This document shows, in pieces, positions 58,889-64,000 of a stretch of 64,000 nt of DNA. Source of the stretch: Lama guanicoe (Eukaryota); the NCBI GenBank assembly GCA_013239625.1, contig MU057344.1:436276-500275 (forward strand), given 5' to 3'. Made by a program: the position numbers and the translations under genes. The notes under the pieces are model-generated. The model did not search any database and was not told where the DNA came from. It worked only from the letters and a program-made list of their open reading frames with translations. Position 1 is the first letter of the stretch; every line of letters starts with the position of its first letter.

Positions 58889-61800
58889 CTGAAAGACATG
58901 AAAGGAGAGAGAGGATTAGATTAAATAAGACACAAAATGCTAAAAAGGAATATGAAATGAACTAGATGAATAATTTTGTTGATACCAAGAACAAGCTTTT
59001 CAATTCTTAAGTATTTCACTTGCAAATTTAAAAAAATCCCGCAGCACATTACACAAGATAGGCGAAGCCAATCCAAATGGGAGACAAAGGATCCTTCATG
59101 GAAGGGGAGGAGAGGCTGTCAAAGTGTCACTCAAACCTCTGAGGCCTGGGACGGACCGACACAGGGACCCAGGGGACGTGTCATCCAGACACCATGTCAC
59201 CTGACCACTGTCCTGGTCTGTGTGGGGTGCAGGTTCACAGGACCCGTGTTCTGACCTCTAAGAGCGGAACTGCTCACCCAGGCTCCCAGCTGCCTGTGGT
59301 GCCGGCCTGAGGGGCACGCAGGGACGCCCCCAGCTCCTAGGCCGGGCATTCCTGTCACCTAGGTCAATGATAAGGAAACTGACCAAACGTGCGTCCTGCG
59401 AAACCGGGGGAGTGTGCATCAGTGACCTGCAGCGCCCACAGGCGACGAGAGTCACACTCTGAGAAAGAATGTCACCTCAACGCCCTGAGGCCGTGGGCGC
59501 TCTCCTCCTGAGGACCACACTTGGGTCAAAACTCCTGTTCTTTCAAACTCAGTCAATAAAAGTAAATGTTTTAAGGGTTCCAAGCGTCTACAGGAGATGG
59601 GCTTCCTGTCCCAGTTTTGCACTTGGACATCACGTGCTGTCTGCCTGCAAGGACTCCCTGGCCACAGGCTCGCAGAAGACACACGGGTCCCCCCATGCCC
59701 ACACTCCCCTTGTGGGCTACAGCTGGGAGACACCACAGGCCTTCCGAGGCCCAGAGGAGCAGCAAACGTGCTCCCAAACCAAGGACATGGCAGGAAGCAC
59801 ACCAGGTGAAGAGTTCAAAGGGTCGCGGGGCCGCCCTCTCCCACCGCGGGTCTGCATCGCAGCGGGCACAGGGCCAGCTGTTCAGATCACAGCTCAGGAG
59901 CTGGTGCTGCAGGAAGTAGCTGGGAATCTGCGGAGGAGCTGAGGCCGACATCCACGCGTGAGACCGTGGTTGCCTCCCGCCGGACGCCTCCCCGCCGAGA
60001 AGCCCAGCCTACGGGACACACACTCAGGGCAGCCCCACAGTCCCTTGCACAGAAGGCATGGAGAGCCAGCAGGACCCCTGTTGTCACCATGGGAGGTGGA
60101 GGGGCCCCTATGTGGACACCAGCACTGCGGCCGGCAGCGGAGCCACCACACCTGTACCTCCAGGCACCAGGCATTTTCTGAAGCTCTTCTCATCCAGTTT
60201 CGGTTCAACACCTCACTCAGGTCCTCTCAAGCTGGGAAAAGCTGGGTCCCATCCCTCTGTCCCTACAAGTCCTGAGCTCTGCAGCCAGTAGGGCCCCCCA
60301 ACACCACCCAGGAAGGAGGACACAGTGACAACAGAGCTGAACAAGGAGCAAATCCAGGCCACACCCAGCTGAGCCATGAACAAAAACCCAGACAGACAAC
60401 CCTTGTCATGCTCACTGCAATTGCTGACCCTGGGGCGGGGTACCTGGGGGTGCAGGGACACTGACCATGCCCAGACCCGGGGCCACGAGGGCCCGACCAC
60501 GCAGCACACCCACACCCGTAGGCCCTCCAAGAAGGTGCACTAGTCCAGGAACAGACAATAAAAACTTTCCTGCCGAAGCACCATTAAGAGGGGGATGAAG
60601 GTCCCCTGGACACCAGCCAAGGGAGGTCAGGGGGCGCCTGCTCCCGTGGGGGCCACACCCTCCCAGGACGGGGACAAGGGGACAGGTCACAACCACGAAA
60701 GCCATGCTTGTCTTGCTGGCTTCACCATTTGTTACTATCCCACAAGAACTGCCCCCAAACAAGCAGGCTGTCCTCTGAGTGCCACCTCCTCCCCGAAAAA
60801 CACCCCTGAGGTGCCGTCTGCCTGGAGTGTAAACACACATCACTGAAGGAAAAGGGACTTGCTCTCGAGACCAACCTGGGATTCCCCTGGGTTTGGCGTG
60901 TGACTCGCGTAGAGGCGAGTGCCACACGAGGCACCCTGGATGCTGGTGACCAGCCCGGGATGGAGGTGGGGAACAGATGACCGGAAAACAGGTCCTCAAG
61001 GGAAGGAGGGGTGCTATGAAGGGACACGACCCCTTGAAACAAGACCCCCAAGGGCTCGGAGCAGAGGTCCAGCCACCACAGAGGGAGCCAGGGTGTGACT
61101 TCGCGGGGGACACGAGGGCTGCATGGACGCGGCTGCTGGACACATATCTGAAACCCCTCGGGTCTGTCTCCAGAGGCCACACGCTCCTCACGGGAGCCAG
61201 GGTGAAAGGCCTGTCTTTGGTGGTGGCGCGGATGCTTTAAAGCACGTCGTTTGCAGTAGAGATAGCGCCTTTGGGGGTCAGAACGAGAAACTGTGGTCGA
61301 GACCACCTTTCTCAGCTAGTGACCTAAAAAGCATGTTCCAAAAGGGGTCCCCAAATCATCTGGGGAACAACGCAAAAAACCAAAATGTTTCTCAAAAAGA
61401 TGTGGAATATTCATTTAGATACAGTTCCTCCCTCACTCTAAAAAAAAAAGACAGTATTTCTGCATAACTCAGTCATTTCCTTCTGGTCACTCCTTTGAGG
61501 GACTTAGTCATAATTAAGTTTATTTAAATGAGCTCAACTCTTAAAACTAAATTAAAATATATTAAAACGAGCCCATGCACAACTGCTCTTGTAACACGTT
61601 AACGGAGCACACAGTGAATAAGCCTTCATCTAGCCAAGCAGCAGCAAAGGAAGTTACTCAATCCCTGACGGCTAAAGCTTCAAGACTGAAGAACCACCTC
61701 TACTGGTGGTGGGTTTACCATGGATTCAACAGGACTTCCCGGAGCTCCCCACGTGCTGCGGGTAGAAAAGTCACCAAAACAGATCCAAGTCCCTCCCCCA

Positions 61801-64000
61801 GATACCCTGGAGTGGGGGACAGGGTGTGAAGCCTCCGGGACACGGGACATCAGGAGTCGGGTGATGGCGAAGCCGGGGCTGACAGGGTGGGGTCTGGAGA
61901 CGGCACCTCGGAGCAGTTCTCAGCCCCAGCGGCCCACGATGCACATCACACCCTGTGACCCAGAGACTCAGACACGACCCCAGAGCGTTTTAGAGGTGCC
62001 CCTAAAAGCTGCCCACAGGGTTCCCAAGAAGCCCCAGCACAAGGTCTCACATCCCTCTTCCCAGTGGAGCAGCAGGTCTGAACTGCCTGTGTGGCGCCCC
62101 CGCAAGGCACACCCCCTTTCCTAATCTCCTGTCACAAGGAGTCTGAGGCGTGTGTTAGGTGTCCAACAAAACACTGTAAGTATGCCTGCAAGTAACCACC
62201 CCAAAGACAACCGGGGCTGACCGTCCACCCAGCTGAGCCCTAACAAGGCTCCCAGGGGGATGGCACTGGGAACGGCCAGGCAGCAGTGGAGCTGGCAGAG
62301 TCTCCCGGCTGGAAACTCCCTCAACTTCCTGAAATGGGACTCAAGCACATTTTAACATAAAATAAGCCCAGCTGGTTCTTCCCCCAGCAAAAAGGCTAAC
62401 TAACTAGCAACAGAAGTGCTGTTCTTGTAAGCTCGTGCAACTGACAAAACAGCCCAATCTGTGTGACTGCGCGGTGACAGCGTTGTTTCTTACATAAAAG
62501 GACTGAGCGCTACAAAAACGTTCCTGAGAAGCAAAAGGCTCTGTCTGAAAGGTCAGCTATATAGTACGTTAAACAAAGCTGCTAGACAAGTATTTATCAA
62601 ACTTGTCTTTACTGGTGTCAAGAATGTATCATAAAAATAAATTATAGTATCAGAGAAAATGCTAAATTATAGAAAGATACAGAAATTGTATGTTAAGATA
62701 CAGAAATGTTAAATTATAGAAAAGATAGATTACAGTATGACAGAAAATTAAATTACATTAAATTAAATTTTGGGAAACAAAATTGCTTCCATTGTTATCC
62801 CAATATCTAAAGGTAAAATAATGAAGTTAAAATGAACACCGAAAAGGATCAAGAAAACACCCAAATTAACAGCATGGGTTATGGCATTTATTCTGTTTTC
62901 TGCAGTGTTTTCTGGTTATTAATCTAATTCAGAGCATTATTTTGGCTAAGACTGAAATCCTAGACCACTACTAACTTTCTGAAAGCACGACCTGACCCGT
63001 CTGCAAGCAGGACACAGTGCATTTATGGTCATAAGTCACCTTTACTACAAGTGACTCACTCACTGTCTAATCATCCTGATTTGCAGCGACATGACGACCT
63101 CATGTTCACAGAACACAAGTCAGCCGCTCACAAGCCATCACACTTAAAACGCCCGCCTGCCAGCTCACTGCGGTACAGCTAAAAGGCTGGGAAGATCAAG
63201 CCTTCTGAAACGTTAACATTCCAGTAAAGTTTACACCACCACTAGCAAAATGTGGGCCTTTAGCACACTTCAATACTTGTTTTCCAGGACTTACTCTACC
63301 CTTCTCTCCCACAAGGTCAACAACGAAACCGAGGCTTCCGAGCACAATCACTGTGTGCAGGGCTTGTGTCAGATGCACCCCACGTTCAACCCCCACAAGT
63401 GCTCCGCTTAGCTGTGCCTCCTCCGGGCCTGCACTGCCGGTCACTGTTGGCCTCCCCAGGGGCTCCCCTCTGCGCAGAGCGGGCCCTCAAGATCTGCCAT
63501 TTCAGATGGCTCAGCAGCACTGTGATCACCATGGTCCTCGGGCTACAAACCACACCGAACCTGCCCAGCCATCTCCCCTGCCGGGCTCCACCTGTTCTCA
63601 CCTATAGAAGGCTGGAGAAGCTGATCCTGGATGCAGGGAAAGCTCCAGCTGCTGGGGCTGAAGGCGTGGTTGGCCCACCCAGCTTCATCTCAGTATTCGC
63701 ATCTGAACAGAAATCTACCTCCTTCCAACCGTCCTGGTCTTAGTTCTGCCTCCTGAAGACAAAAGGCGAAACGATGCAGTCCCTTACACCTACGAAGGGA
63801 AGTGTGCTGTGTCCCCCGCAGGCACGTCTTCCGCACCCTCTGCGATTCTTAAAGACATGATTTCAAATCCTCTCACCTTCCCAGATGGTTTCCAGTCTGT
63901 TCTGTCAAGTGTACCCAGAACCACAATATCAAAAATGCAGCCAAAGGGGCCCCAGAGCAGGGCTATCCCTTCCTGGTAAAGGACAAAAGGCTTCAGGCCC

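Noticed and set aside
58889-64000. Short ORFs in SSU72 intron 1, including 63196-63444
   Set aside because: No recognisable homology or coherent exon chain; SSU72 exon 1 with the catalytic CX5R motif is not in the window.

Overview
Mammalian genomic DNA, GC-rich, syntenic with human 1p36.33. Three tRNA-derived Vic-1-like SINEs suggest a camelid; N gaps in the CpG islands suggest a short-read assembly. Gene order: TMEM88B (+, 2 coding exons), VWA1 (+, 3 or 4 exons), a single ATAD3A (+, 16 exons, 586 aa), TMEM240 (-, mostly hidden in N gaps) and SSU72 exons 2-5 (-). The most interesting signal is a dense chain of about 18 small exon-like segments, most bounded by canonical AG/GT sites, on the minus strand between VWA1 and ATAD3A (about 18.8 to 14.1 kb), head-to-head with ATAD3A. 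Many consecutive exons are phase-compatible but carry stops and two or three dead donors, consistent with an unrecognised decayed (unitary pseudogene or lncRNA) multi-exon gene. A weaker second minus-strand spliced ORF lies between TMEM88B and VWA1. Other notable items: a U12-type SSU72 intron with a non-consensus donor, a stop-free 105-nt VWA1 intron (exitron-like), a 52-bp duplication of the SSU72 stop region, and GC-remodelling across an old L1. All exon structures were read by hand; no database searches were run, and comparisons to human or mouse are from memory.
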